Made by a program: the position numbers and the translations under genes | The notes under the pieces: generated by a model | Database searches by the model: none | What the model was told of the DNA's origin: nothing | What the model saw: only the letters and a program-made list of their open reading frames with translations | Shown: positions 47,648 through 55,757 of the stretch, in pieces | Numbering within the stretch: the stretch's first letter is position 1 | Layout of the letters: each line of letters begins with the position of its first letter | Assembly (NCBI GenBank): GCA_963817075.1 | Contig: CAWFMT010000008.1 | Coordinates: 130,142-194,141, forward strand | DNA length: 64,000 nucleotides | Direction of reading: 5' to 3' | Source of the DNA: an uncultured Chitinophagaceae bacterium | GTDB taxonomy: Bacteria > Bacteroidota > Bacteroidia > Chitinophagales > Chitinophagaceae

Positions 47648-49306
47648 ATGTATAAGAACACTCTCCTGCCAATAGGAATTTTTATTTCGTTCTGCATTTC
47701 CTGTAACAATGCCTCTAATGAACCAGAAACATCGGGTGGCGAAAATAAAACGGAGGCTTCCTACATACAGAATCGCATCGCAAGCTATGCCACAGTAAAA
47801 CTGAACGCAGATATTTCCATGCTATCTCCCAGAGAAAAACAGTTGCTTCCACTACTGATACAAGCTGCTGATATCATGGACAGCTTGTTTTGGATGCAGA
47901 CCTATTCTAAAAAGGATAGTCTTTGGAATGCGATCCAGGATGCAGACATCAGGAAATTCTTCCTTATAAATTATGGACCCTGGGATAGACTAAATAACGA
48001 TACCCCATTTATTCCTGGTATCGGTACAAAACCATTGGGAGCGGGATTCTATCCTTCAGATATGACGAAGGAAGAGCTGGAAAAATCCGGACTTGCCGAT
48101 AAGCTTGGGCAGTATTCAATGATCAGGAGAGATAGTACAGGGAAGCTTCAATCAATCCCGTATCATATTGCTTATCGGGATCAATTGGAAAGAGCATCGG
48201 CCTTACTAAAACAAGCCGCAGCCCTGGCTGACGAACCGGGCCTAAAGAAATATTTATCGCTCAGAGCGATCTCTTTATTAACTGATAACTACACCGCCAG
48301 TGATATTGCATGGATGGACATGAAGAACAACAGGATTGATGTGATCATTGGACCAATTGAAAACTATGAAGACGCATTATACAATGCACGAAATGCCTAT
48401 GAAGCATATGTACTAATAAAGGATACTGCCTGGAGTTCGCGATTGGCTAAATATGCACCGATGCTGCCGGATTTACAAAAGGGACTTCCGGTAGAGGAGA
48501 AATATAAAAGTGAAAAGCCAGGAACCTCCTCGGAATTGAATGCTTATGATGTTCTCTATTATGCAGGACATTCAAATACTGGAGGGAAAACGATTGCTGT
48601 AAACCTTCCAAATGATGAGGAACTTCAAAAGACCAAAGGCACACGTAGATCACAATTGAAAAATGCGATGAGGGCCAAGTTTGATCAGATCATGATGCCC
48701 ATCTCAACTGAGTTGATCGATCCTTCACAACTGGACAGAATAAAATTTGATGCCTTCTTTTCAAATGTAATGTTCCATGAAGTAGCGCATGGACTTGGAA
48801 TTAAAAGCACGGTGAATGGTAAAGGAACTGTGAGATCTGCCTTGCAAGAGCAAGGTTCCTGGCTGGAAGAGGAAAAGGCTGACATCCTGGGATTATACAT
48901 GATCGTGAAATTGTTTGAAAAGGGAGAGTTGACCGGAAACCTTGAAGAGTATTATACCACTTTTATGGCAGGGATTTTAAGATCGGTTCGATTCAGCGCT
49001 GCCGATGCGCATGGAAAGGCCAACATGGTCACATTTAATTTTTTCCAGGAGAAGGGAGCTTTCGAAAGAACTTCAAATGGTCACTATAAAGTGAACTATG
49101 AAAAATTTCGCACGGCAATGAACGACCTGAGTAATTTGATCCTGACCATTCAGGGTAATGGAGATAAGGTAGCTGCGGAAAAATTGGTTAAGGAGAAAGG
49201 TATTGTAAATCCAACATTGAAATCAGACCTGGATCGGTTGCAGGCTAAGGGCATCCCTGTGGATATAGTTTTCGAACAGGGGATAGATGTTTTGGGATTG
49301 CAGTGA
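47648..49306 (+). CDS. zinc metallopeptidase/hydrolase of the DPP3 (M49)-like family, lipoprotein
   Basis: Start taken at MYKNTLLPIGIFISFCISC (lipobox). Zinc motifs FHEVAHGLG and EEEKADILG resemble the HExxH-variant M49 signature. The annotated ORF start at 47567 would overlap the VOC gene. Confidence 0.6.
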   Translation: MYKNTLLPIGIFISFCISCNNASNEPETSGGENKTEASYIQNRIASYATVKLNADISMLSPREKQLLPLLIQAADIMDSLFWMQTYSKKDSLWNAIQDADIRKFFLINYGPWDRLNNDTPFIPGIGTKPLGAGFYPSDMTKEELEKSGLADKLGQYSMIRRDSTGKLQSIPYHIAYRDQLERASALLKQAAALADEPGLKKYLSLRAISLLTDNYTASDIAWMDMKNNRIDVIIGPIENYEDALYNARNAYEAYVLIKDTAWSSRLAKYAPMLPDLQKGLPVEEKYKSEKPGTSSELNAYDVLYYAGHSNTGGKTIAVNLPNDEELQKTKGTRRSQLKNAMRAKFDQIMMPISTELIDPSQLDRIKFDAFFSNVMFHEVAHGLGIKSTVNGKGTVRSALQEQGSWLEEEKADILGLYMIVKLFEKGELTGNLEEYYTTFMAGILRSVRFSAADAHGKANMVTFNFFQEKGAFERTSNGHYKVNYEKFRTAMNDLSNLILTIQGNGDKVAAEKLVKEKGIVNPTLKSDLDRLQAKGIPVDIVFEQGIDVLGLQ

Positions 49307-49311
49307 GTTGA

Positions 49312-49392
49312 TTAACCGCCAAGGCGCAATGACGCAAAGGAACGCAAGGAATTCTTTGCGAAACCTAGCGTCCTTCCGTCCTGGCGGTTAAA
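49312..49392. repeat. ttaaccgcc-type palindromic intergenic element
   Basis: ttaaccgccaagg...cctggcggttaa termini with internal cgcaaag/ctttgcg pairing. Lies between convergent genes. Confidence 0.7.
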
Positions 49393-49417
49393 TTAGTTGT
49401 GTATGATCCGAGAGGGG

Positions 49418-50983
49418 TTAGGATTTGATCACAGAACCTTTTAGATTCGTCCGATTCATAACATCTCTGATCTCGATTGAAACATCATCTCCATCAAAAA
49501 TAAAGGTGAATGTTTCCTTATGTGGACTTTCGATATATCTGAGTACTAGCTCTAAAGTCTTTTCATCTTTCCATTGGTAATTTCCTTCAACTTTAAAAGG
49601 AGGAAGTCCAATGCGATTCCCCCTGGCTCTTCCTGCCAGATATGGTCCAAACCTGGTAGTTTGTCCTGCTACCCATTTTCCTGAACCAAATTGCAAATCA
49701 TAGTTGATGGAATCTGTATTCAGCGTAAGTTGGCAAATTCCATTCTTAAAATTGACTCTGGCGATCCTGATGGCAGAAGTTGCTGAAGCAATTTCATATG
49801 ACTTTCCTGCAATCTGAGATTCGAGTTTGGAATTTGTTTTCTCGCCTAACGGCAAACTTAATGAAGCAATTTTTTGTTTTAAAGCCTCCAATGATTTGGA
49901 ATCTCCTGATAATTTTCCATCATGAAAACCTGGAAGTAAATACTGCCAGACGAGGTTTAATTCCGATTGCAGGTTGGTTGACTCAGAAGTAATGATCACA
50001 ACGGCATCTTTTTCTGGCAACACGAGAATGAATTGACCGTAAGCTCCATCACCCCGGTAAGAATTATTTCGCGATCTCCACATCTGGTAACAATATCCCT
50101 GCAACCAATCACTGGAATCCTTCCGTCCCTGGCTGGCTTTAGGATCCTGAAGAATCTTGGCGCTTGTGGCTTCTTCGATCCAGGAAGTTGGGATGATTTG
50201 TTTGCCGTTCCAATTTCCTTTTTGCAGGAAAAGTTGACCAAACTTGGCCATGTCTTCAGTTTTTAATCTCAGCCCCCATCCTCCAACATTTATTCCACGG
50301 GGATCTGTTTCCCAATCAATTCCCTGAATTCCCAACGGCCCAAATAACCTGGGTTGTAAATAGTCAATCACTTTCTGGCCGGTAACCTTTTGAACAATTG
50401 CTGAAAGCATATAGGTGCCAGCAGAATTATATAAGAATTCAGATCCTGGTTTGTTTACTATTGGAGTGTTGAGAAAGGTTCTCACCCAGTTCTCACTCAT
50501 ACCTACAGGGCCAGATGGATCAGGTTTTTGTCCAACCGTCATGCTTAGAAGGTGCTTGACCCTAAGCTCCTCTAGATTTGGACTGATCTCAGCTGGGAGA
50601 TCTTGCGGAAAAAAACTTGTGACTTTATCTTCTACTGAAATTTTCTTTTCGGCCACAGCAAATCCAATAGCCGTCGCAGTAAAACTCTTACTAACAGAAT
50701 ACATCGTGTGCTTAAGATCCGGAGCATAAGGTTTCCACCATCCTTCAGACACTACCTTGCCATGCCTGAGCACCATAAAACTGTGGAGTTCATGTTTACT
50801 TTCAGCAACCGCATCAAGAAACTTTATTATCGCTTCTGAAGAAACGCCTTCAGCTTCAGGTGTACTGCGTGTAAGTCGCGTTGCCTGAGAGAAAATGCCG
50901 GCGGATAATAATAGAAGGACAATAACTGAATAGATTCTTTTAATCCAAATTCTTTCAATTTCGTACATATTAAAACCGGTCAT
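49418..50983 (-). CDS. serine hydrolase of the beta-lactamase/transpeptidase-like family (class-C-type) with a C-terminal beta-barrel domain
   Basis: SxxK motif YSVSKSFT and YxN motif LYNSAG. About 150 extra C-terminal residues. Confidence 0.8.
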   Translation of the reverse strand: MTGFNMYEIERIWIKRIYSVIVLLLLSAGIFSQATRLTRSTPEAEGVSSEAIIKFLDAVAESKHELHSFMVLRHGKVVSEGWWKPYAPDLKHTMYSVSKSFTATAIGFAVAEKKISVEDKVTSFFPQDLPAEISPNLEELRVKHLLSMTVGQKPDPSGPVGMSENWVRTFLNTPIVNKPGSEFLYNSAGTYMLSAIVQKVTGQKVIDYLQPRLFGPLGIQGIDWETDPRGINVGGWGLRLKTEDMAKFGQLFLQKGNWNGKQIIPTSWIEEATSAKILQDPKASQGRKDSSDWLQGYCYQMWRSRNNSYRGDGAYGQFILVLPEKDAVVIITSESTNLQSELNLVWQYLLPGFHDGKLSGDSKSLEALKQKIASLSLPLGEKTNSKLESQIAGKSYEIASATSAIRIARVNFKNGICQLTLNTDSINYDLQFGSGKWVAGQTTRFGPYLAGRARGNRIGLPPFKVEGNYQWKDEKTLELVLRYIESPHKETFTFIFDGDDVSIEIRDVMNRTNLKGSVIKS

Positions 50984-51035
50984 TTGATTCGAATTTTTTT
51001 TGACGAATTGAGAAATTACAACATTTATGAATGTT

Positions 51036-51103
51036 TCGGGCTTCGGGTTTGGAGTTTAGGATTTAACCGCCAGGGCGCGAATACGCAAAGGTGCGCAAGG
51101 GAT
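51036..51103. repeat. half copy of the ttaaccgcc-type element, preceded by the gggtttggagttt word
   Basis: cgggcttcgggtttggagtttaggatttaaccgccagggcgcgaatacgcaaaggtgcgcaaggg. Confidence 0.5.
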
Positions 51104-51198
51104 CAAACATTCAAACACTCAAACTTCTTGGCTAGATGTTGAACTTGTTTACATTATATAAATATTCCTTAAATTCAATTATTCTATAAAATAGCTAT

Positions 51199-53019
51199 AT
51201 GCAACCCTTTACCTCTTACCAAAGGAAATTCAAGATTTCCGTCCAAAGATTTTTGCTGATATCTATAGTGCTAATGGGGTTTAGTACTTCCCAGGCACAG
51301 AATTGTTTCATTAACTCCAGGATTAAGAAGATCACAGCGAATGTATCGCCTACGATCAAGTCTTTCCTGGAATTCAAGCCTGCAGATTACAATAGTAATC
51401 CAACCAAGAAGTATGCATTAATAGTGTACATCGGCGGTACTGGTGAGATGTTTCAACAGCCAGGGGGCGGTGATCAGGCGCTTTGTCCAGTCCTGAATTA
51501 TTCTCTTCCCTGGAGAATGAATGTTGGACATTTTCCAGATGAAGTAACAGCTCCATCTGGTCAGAAATTTTCCTACCTGGTTGTGATGCCATTTGTAACA
51601 CAATGGGAACAGCAATACAATGTAGACCCGGGTGCAATGATTGACTATGCACTTTCACTTTACGCAAACAGGATCGACGTTACAAGAATATATCTGACCG
51701 CAATGAGCCGTGGTACAGATAATATAATGGGATTTGCTACTGCCAGTACTACTTCTGCCAGCCGAATTGCTGCAGTTGTACCAGTAGGAAACTGTTTTCC
51801 CGCTAATGTGGGAACTACATTTTACAATACGCAGGTATCAAACCTTGCAAATGGTAACGTTCATCTTTGGGCGATTTCTTGTGCAAATGATAAGGTTTGC
51901 CCAACCCAGTATGCTCAGAATTGGGCGAGTTCACTAAACACACAAAAACCAGGGTATGGACTGTTCACTTTTGCCACGTTTGCATGTGATACAGAAGGCC
52001 CGAACGCTTCAAACCATTATGCCTGGAATTCTGCTTATGATCCGGCCTACAGACAAGCTCCAGGAAACAAGAATGTATATGAGTGGATGATTCAATTTGC
52101 CCAGGGTTCACCACCACCTCCTCCTCCACCGCCGCCGCCTCCACCTGTAACGAATTGCAATAATGTAACGATGAGTGGAGTTGCCAACGGAATTAAGGTT
52201 AAGGGATTATTGGCTCCTGTCGCGACGGTGCAGGTATTCAATAGTAGCTGGGCAACAGTATATAACCAGGCGTTTACCAATACTCCTGACAGTATTATTA
52301 TTCCATCTCTCACAAATGGCAGTACCTATCTTGTGAAGGTTAACTTCTATACAGCTTCATGGGCCCACATTTGTGAAAAATCGAGCAATGTTGTAGCAGG
52401 TGGGGCAGCTCCTCCACCACCGCCACCGCCACCTCCACCGCCGCCACCAGGAACACCAAATTGCAATACAATTACGATGGTTCCTTTGGCAAATGCGCTC
52501 AAGATCAAGGGACTTATTGCGCCAGTTGCAGCAGTTCATATATTCAATGGAAGTTGGGCAACTGTGTACAACCAGGTATTTACAAATTCGCCTGATAGCA
52601 TTACAGTGCCAACATTGCCGAATGGAACATATCATGTAAAGGTGACTTTCAATTCAGCTGGATGGGTGTCTATCTGTGAAAAGATTCAGGATGTCGTGAT
52701 AACTGCGACTGTACCTGGCGGCACTCAAACCGGAACCGCGATTGAGTACGTGAATGAATTGACAGCGAAGAATATTGCTGTTGCACCGAATCCGTTCACG
52801 GACTTCATGTATGTAACCATCGGGTCAAACCGAAACGAGAATGCAAGCATAACCATTATAGATCTTGCAGGAAGGGAGCTAATGAAAAAATCTGTGAATT
52901 TGCAAAAAGGAGTAAATAAGTTTACTCTTGAGGGAATGAGCAAATACAGACCCGGAAGTTATATCCTGCAGTTCAGGACATCAGATGGAGTCCAGAATTT
53001 AAGGTTGATCAGACAATAG
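51199..53019 (+). CDS. secreted esterase-like protein (divergent fifth paralog) with two duplicated Cys-containing domains, poly-Pro linkers and a T9SS sorting domain
   Basis: Signal peptide. Hydrolase-like core YALIVYIGGTGE...LTAMSRGT (Ser retained in AxSxG)...CANDKV...SNHYAW. P13 and P14 tracts. Two ~90-aa repeats (NCNNVTMSGVANGIKVKGL...ICEK / NCNTITMVPLANALKIKGL...ICEK). T9SS C-terminus (VAPNPFTDFMYVTI...GSYILQF...RLIRQ). Confidence 0.75.
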   Translation: MQPFTSYQRKFKISVQRFLLISIVLMGFSTSQAQNCFINSRIKKITANVSPTIKSFLEFKPADYNSNPTKKYALIVYIGGTGEMFQQPGGGDQALCPVLNYSLPWRMNVGHFPDEVTAPSGQKFSYLVVMPFVTQWEQQYNVDPGAMIDYALSLYANRIDVTRIYLTAMSRGTDNIMGFATASTTSASRIAAVVPVGNCFPANVGTTFYNTQVSNLANGNVHLWAISCANDKVCPTQYAQNWASSLNTQKPGYGLFTFATFACDTEGPNASNHYAWNSAYDPAYRQAPGNKNVYEWMIQFAQGSPPPPPPPPPPPPVTNCNNVTMSGVANGIKVKGLLAPVATVQVFNSSWATVYNQAFTNTPDSIIIPSLTNGSTYLVKVNFYTASWAHICEKSSNVVAGGAAPPPPPPPPPPPPPGTPNCNTITMVPLANALKIKGLIAPVAAVHIFNGSWATVYNQVFTNSPDSITVPTLPNGTYHVKVTFNSAGWVSICEKIQDVVITATVPGGTQTGTAIEYVNELTAKNIAVAPNPFTDFMYVTIGSNRNENASITIIDLAGRELMKKSVNLQKGVNKFTLEGMSKYRPGSYILQFRTSDGVQNLRLIRQ

Positions 53020-53039
53020 TATCTTTTAAGAGAATCAAT

Positions 53040-53084
53040 AAACCCCGGCACTGGTCGAAAGACCTTGTCGGGGTTTTTGTTTTT
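53040..53084 (+). terminator. structured hairpin/terminator related to the downstream repeat units
   Basis: aaaccccg(53040-47)...cggggttt(53069-76) with an inner ggtc-gaaa-gacc, followed by a T-run. Confidence 0.55.
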
Positions 53085-53831
53085 GACCCTGTCGGCGGTT
53101 CGAAGAACCCCGACAGCGGTCGGTCTATCAAAACAAAAACTTTTTGGCAGTAGTAGCATCAAAAAAAAGACCCAGTCGGCGGTCGTTCTGTCAAACAAGA
53201 TTTTTTCGGGGTAGTTGTTTCAAAAAAAAGACCCAGTCGGCGGTCGTTCTGTCAAACAAGATTTTTTCGGGGTAGTTGTTTCAAAAGAAAGACCCTGTCG
53301 GCGGTCGTTCTGTCAAACAAGATTTTTTCGGGGTAGTAGTTTCAAAAAAAGACCCTGTCGGCGGTCGTTCTGTCAAACAAGATTTTTTCGGAGTAATAGT
53401 TTCAAAAAAAAGACCCTGTCGGAGGTTCGAAGAACCCCGACAGCGGTTGGTCTATCAAACAAAAACTTTTTTGGGGTAGTAGCATCAAAAAAAAACGTCG
53501 GCGGTCGTTCTGTCAAACAAGATTTTATCGGGGTAGTAGTTTCAAAAAAAAGACCCTGTCGGCGGTTCGAAGAACCCCGACAGCGGTCGGTCTATCAAAC
53601 AAAAACTTTTTTGGGATAGTAGCATCAAAAAAAAACGTCGGCGGTCGTTCTGTCAAACAAGATTTTATCGGGGTAGTAGTTTCAAAAAAAAAGACCCTGT
53701 CGGCGGTTCGAAGAACCCCGACAGCGGTCGGTCTATCAAACAAAAACTTTTTTGGGGTAGTAGCATCAAAAAAAACGTCGGCGGTCGTTCTGTCAAACAA
53801 GATTTTATCGGGGTAGTAGTATTAAAAAAAA
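53085..53831. repeat. mosaic tandem array, unit order B-A-A-A-A-B-A'-B-A'-B-A'
   Basis: B units are ~84 bp and start at 53085, 53412, 53552 and 53693. Their core is the quasi-palindrome gaccctgtcggcggttcgaagaaccccgacagcggtc. A units are ~60 bp and start at 53169, 53230, 53291 and 53351: gacccWgtcggcggtcgttctgtcaaacaagattttttcggggtagtWgtttc+A-run. A' units are ~56 bp and start at 53496, 53636 and 53776. The B+A' period is ~140 bp. Confidence 0.9.
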
Positions 53832-53865
53832 GACCCTGTCAGGGTCTTCGACCGCTGACAGGGTC
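53832..53865. repeat. 34-bp palindromic element C, copy 1
   Basis: gaccctgtcagggtcttcgaccgctgacagggtc; gaccctg/cagggtc is self-complementary. Confidence 0.85.
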
Positions 53866-53872
53866 AAGTAGT

Positions 53873-54115
53873 CTAGTCCTCATCTTTAATAATGTAGCCG
53901 AACAAACCTTGAGTTTCATGATCTGGACCGGCAGCAAAATAAAGGCGATTTGGATCAATAGGTGAGGTTGATGGGGGAAAAGTAATAGCCCACAATCCAT
54001 CAATAACAATTGGATTTCCATGAGCCCTGAGTTGTCCTATAAATTCTCCCTCAGAACTAAACGCATTGATCCTTCCATCACCAAAATTTCCAACGAGAAT
54101 AATTTTGAATACCTC
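53873..54115 (-). pseudogene. C-terminal remnant (~80 codons) of a beta-propeller-type secreted protein (recalls the TIGR03118 family)
   Basis: Minus-strand translation EVFKIILVGNFGDGRINAFSSEGEFIGQLRAHGNPIVIDGLWAITFPPSTSPIDPNRLYFAAGPDHETQGLFGYIIKDED*. An in-frame stop lies immediately upstream (54116-54118) and there is no N-terminal part. The family assignment is from memory of the GNFGDGxINAF...GLWAL...LYFTAGP...GLFG C-terminal pattern. Confidence 0.55.
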
Positions 54116-54123
54116 TTAAGGTT

Positions 54124-54157
54124 GACCCTGTCAGGGTCTTCGACCGCTTACAGGGTC
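54124..54157. repeat. 34-bp palindromic element C, copy 2 (direct orientation, 1 mismatch to copy 1)
   Basis: gaccctgtcagggtcttcgaccgcttacagggtc. Confidence 0.85.
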
Positions 54158-54180
54158 AAAAAAAGCTCCCTTTCGGGAGC
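54158..54180 (-). terminator. orphan rho-independent terminator
   Basis: On the minus strand: gctccc-gaaa-gggagc followed by T7. No intact minus-strand gene lies upstream of it. Confidence 0.55.
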
Positions 54181-54683
54181 CTCTAGCATAGAGTAGTTAG
54201 TCGTGGCCTTTAGGACAAGGCTGAACAATTTCCAAAATGTGCTGATTCTAAGATTACGCAAGAATGTGATTGCGGGTTTCTTTTCTCAATAATTATTTGT
54301 CCAAACACCGCGGTCGCAAGAGCGTTTGGCTCAATTTTAATCCATTTAAAATCTCAGATAGTGTCCAAAACTTTAAGGGGATTGTGATTGATAAACATAA
54401 TTTGGGTTATGAAAATCCAGGGTTGAACAAAACCTTTACTTAAAGTTTTTAGGTGCATGAATCAGGGTGGTAAAATGATATTACTTCATGAAAAAATAAC
54501 TATAGAAGATAGATTAATAGAATATTCATTCTTTAAAGCTCTTACCAGGAAAAAAGTATATATTAGTCAACTGACCGCCTGAAATATCTACAAACCTAAT
54601 CCTCCAGGCTACAGAATTTCCTCCCCGCGAAATATTGCCATACTGTTTCATTTCGAATTAATCATCAGTTAAAACACAAACAC

Positions 54684-55427
54684 ATGAGAAAGATTTCTAT
54701 TATGGCTATGCTACTCGCATTAAGCAGCATTGCCTTCACACAAAATTCAGATGAAGAAAAAATCAGGAAGACAATTCAAACCGAAGTAGATGCAATTGTA
54801 GCCCGCAATTTGGAAGCCTGGAAATCCACCTGGAAACAGGATAAAATGGCCACAAGTACTTTCGCAGGTCTCTTTGGAAATAGTAGTATCCGGGGCTGGG
54901 ATAGTTTGAATGCGATCGTGCAAAGGGATCTTAAGAGTGAGACAAGGTTTTTTTCATCTCTCAAACCTGACAGCATTGATATTCGCGCAAATGATAATCT
55001 GGCGATCGTGCAATATGATATGATTGTTACTCCTGCTGAAATTGATCCTAAGGTTTATCCGTATACGGATGTTGTGCGCAATAAAATGCAACAGGTATTG
55101 GTAAAGGAAAATGGCGAATGGAAGACAATTAGCCGTGTTCTTATCCAACAAAATCCATACGCAGAAAAGCCTGATCATGCTGCGGAGAGCAATATAAACA
55201 CAGCCGGCTACGACTTACTCGCAGCAAAAAAGTTCTCTGAAGCAATTGAAGTATTGAAACTAAATGTAAAACTCTATCCAAACTCCTGGAATACGTTCGA
55301 TAGTCTTGGAGAGGCTTATATGATGGCAGGAAACAAAAAACTTGCTATTGAAAATTATGAGAAGTCAGTTAAGCTAAATCCTAAGAACGATACCGGAAAA
55401 GAAGCACTTGTGAAACTCAAAAAGTAA
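54684..55427 (+). CDS. secreted NTF2/SnoaL-like (DUF4440-like) domain + TPR-repeat protein
   Basis: Signal peptide. The N-terminal ~150 aa are NTF2-like. The C-terminal part has TPR-like repeats (...AIEVLKLNVKLYPNSWNTFDSLGEAYMMAGNKKLAIENYEKSVKLNPKN). Confidence 0.6.
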   Translation: MRKISIMAMLLALSSIAFTQNSDEEKIRKTIQTEVDAIVARNLEAWKSTWKQDKMATSTFAGLFGNSSIRGWDSLNAIVQRDLKSETRFFSSLKPDSIDIRANDNLAIVQYDMIVTPAEIDPKVYPYTDVVRNKMQQVLVKENGEWKTISRVLIQQNPYAEKPDHAAESNINTAGYDLLAAKKFSEAIEVLKLNVKLYPNSWNTFDSLGEAYMMAGNKKLAIENYEKSVKLNPKNDTGKEALVKLKK

Positions 55428-55452
55428 CATTTCAAGATTTTGATTTCTGTAA

Positions 55453-55483
55453 AGGCTATCCATTTGGGTAGCCTTATTTTTTA
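55453..55483 (+). terminator. rho-independent terminator
   Basis: aggctatcc-attt-gggtagcct followed by tatttttt. Confidence 0.7.
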
Positions 55484-55485
55484 GT

Positions 55486-55573
55486 TTAACCGCCAAGACG
55501 CAAGGACGCGAGGTTGCGCAAAGGACAGGCAATATCTTTGCGTGCCTTCGCGACTTTGTTTCCTGGCGGTTAA
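55486..55573. repeat. ttaaccgcc-type palindromic intergenic element
   Basis: ttaaccgccaag...cctggcggttaa termini. Internal gcgcaaag...ctttgcg pairing. Confidence 0.7.
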
Positions 55574-55757
55574 TTTTTGGATTTTAACTATTTCTTAGAA
55601 TTATAACATCCCTTTCTTCCATCTATGTAGGTTAAAATGAGAGTATATCCTATACGCTCTGATCTCAAATAATATAAGAATAGTATCTTCATAAACCCCA
55701 TTTCAGATCGAATTGGCAGCACGAATTTTTCAACGAAATCAGAACAAAAAAGAGAAT

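Noticed and set aside
52108-52446. CCN-rich tracts (ccaccacctcctcctccaccgccgccgcctccacct and a second tract) as possible microsatellites or sequencing artefacts; also ORFs 52092-52313(-), 52357-52635(-) and 52400-52639(+)
   Set aside because: The tracts are in frame within 51199-53019 and encode poly-Pro linkers between folded modules. Codon usage varies within each tract, so they are not pure repeats. The overlapping ORFs are shadows.
53096-53112. GGTTCGAAG in the B-unit core resembling a tRNA T-arm (GGTTCGAATCC), hinting at tRNA fragments
   Set aside because: The flanking bases do not form a 5-bp T-stem around a 7-nt loop. There is no acceptor, D or anticodon arm. The similarity is limited to the palindrome centre.
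53215-53800. ORFs 53215-53619(+), 53276-53479(+) and 53525-53800(-) from the six-frame track
   Set aside because: They are translations of the tandem DNA repeat (reiterated KKDPVGGRSVKQDFFGVVVS and its reverse). They are open in several frames and on both strands, which points to DNA-level repeats rather than coding sequence.
53085-53831. Possible CRISPR array, given regularly spaced repeats with a palindromic core
   Set aside because: The whole 60-, 84- and 140-bp periods are repeated. No unique spacers lie between the repeats, the units end in A-runs, and no cas genes or leader are nearby. It is a tandem or mosaic repeat, not a CRISPR array.
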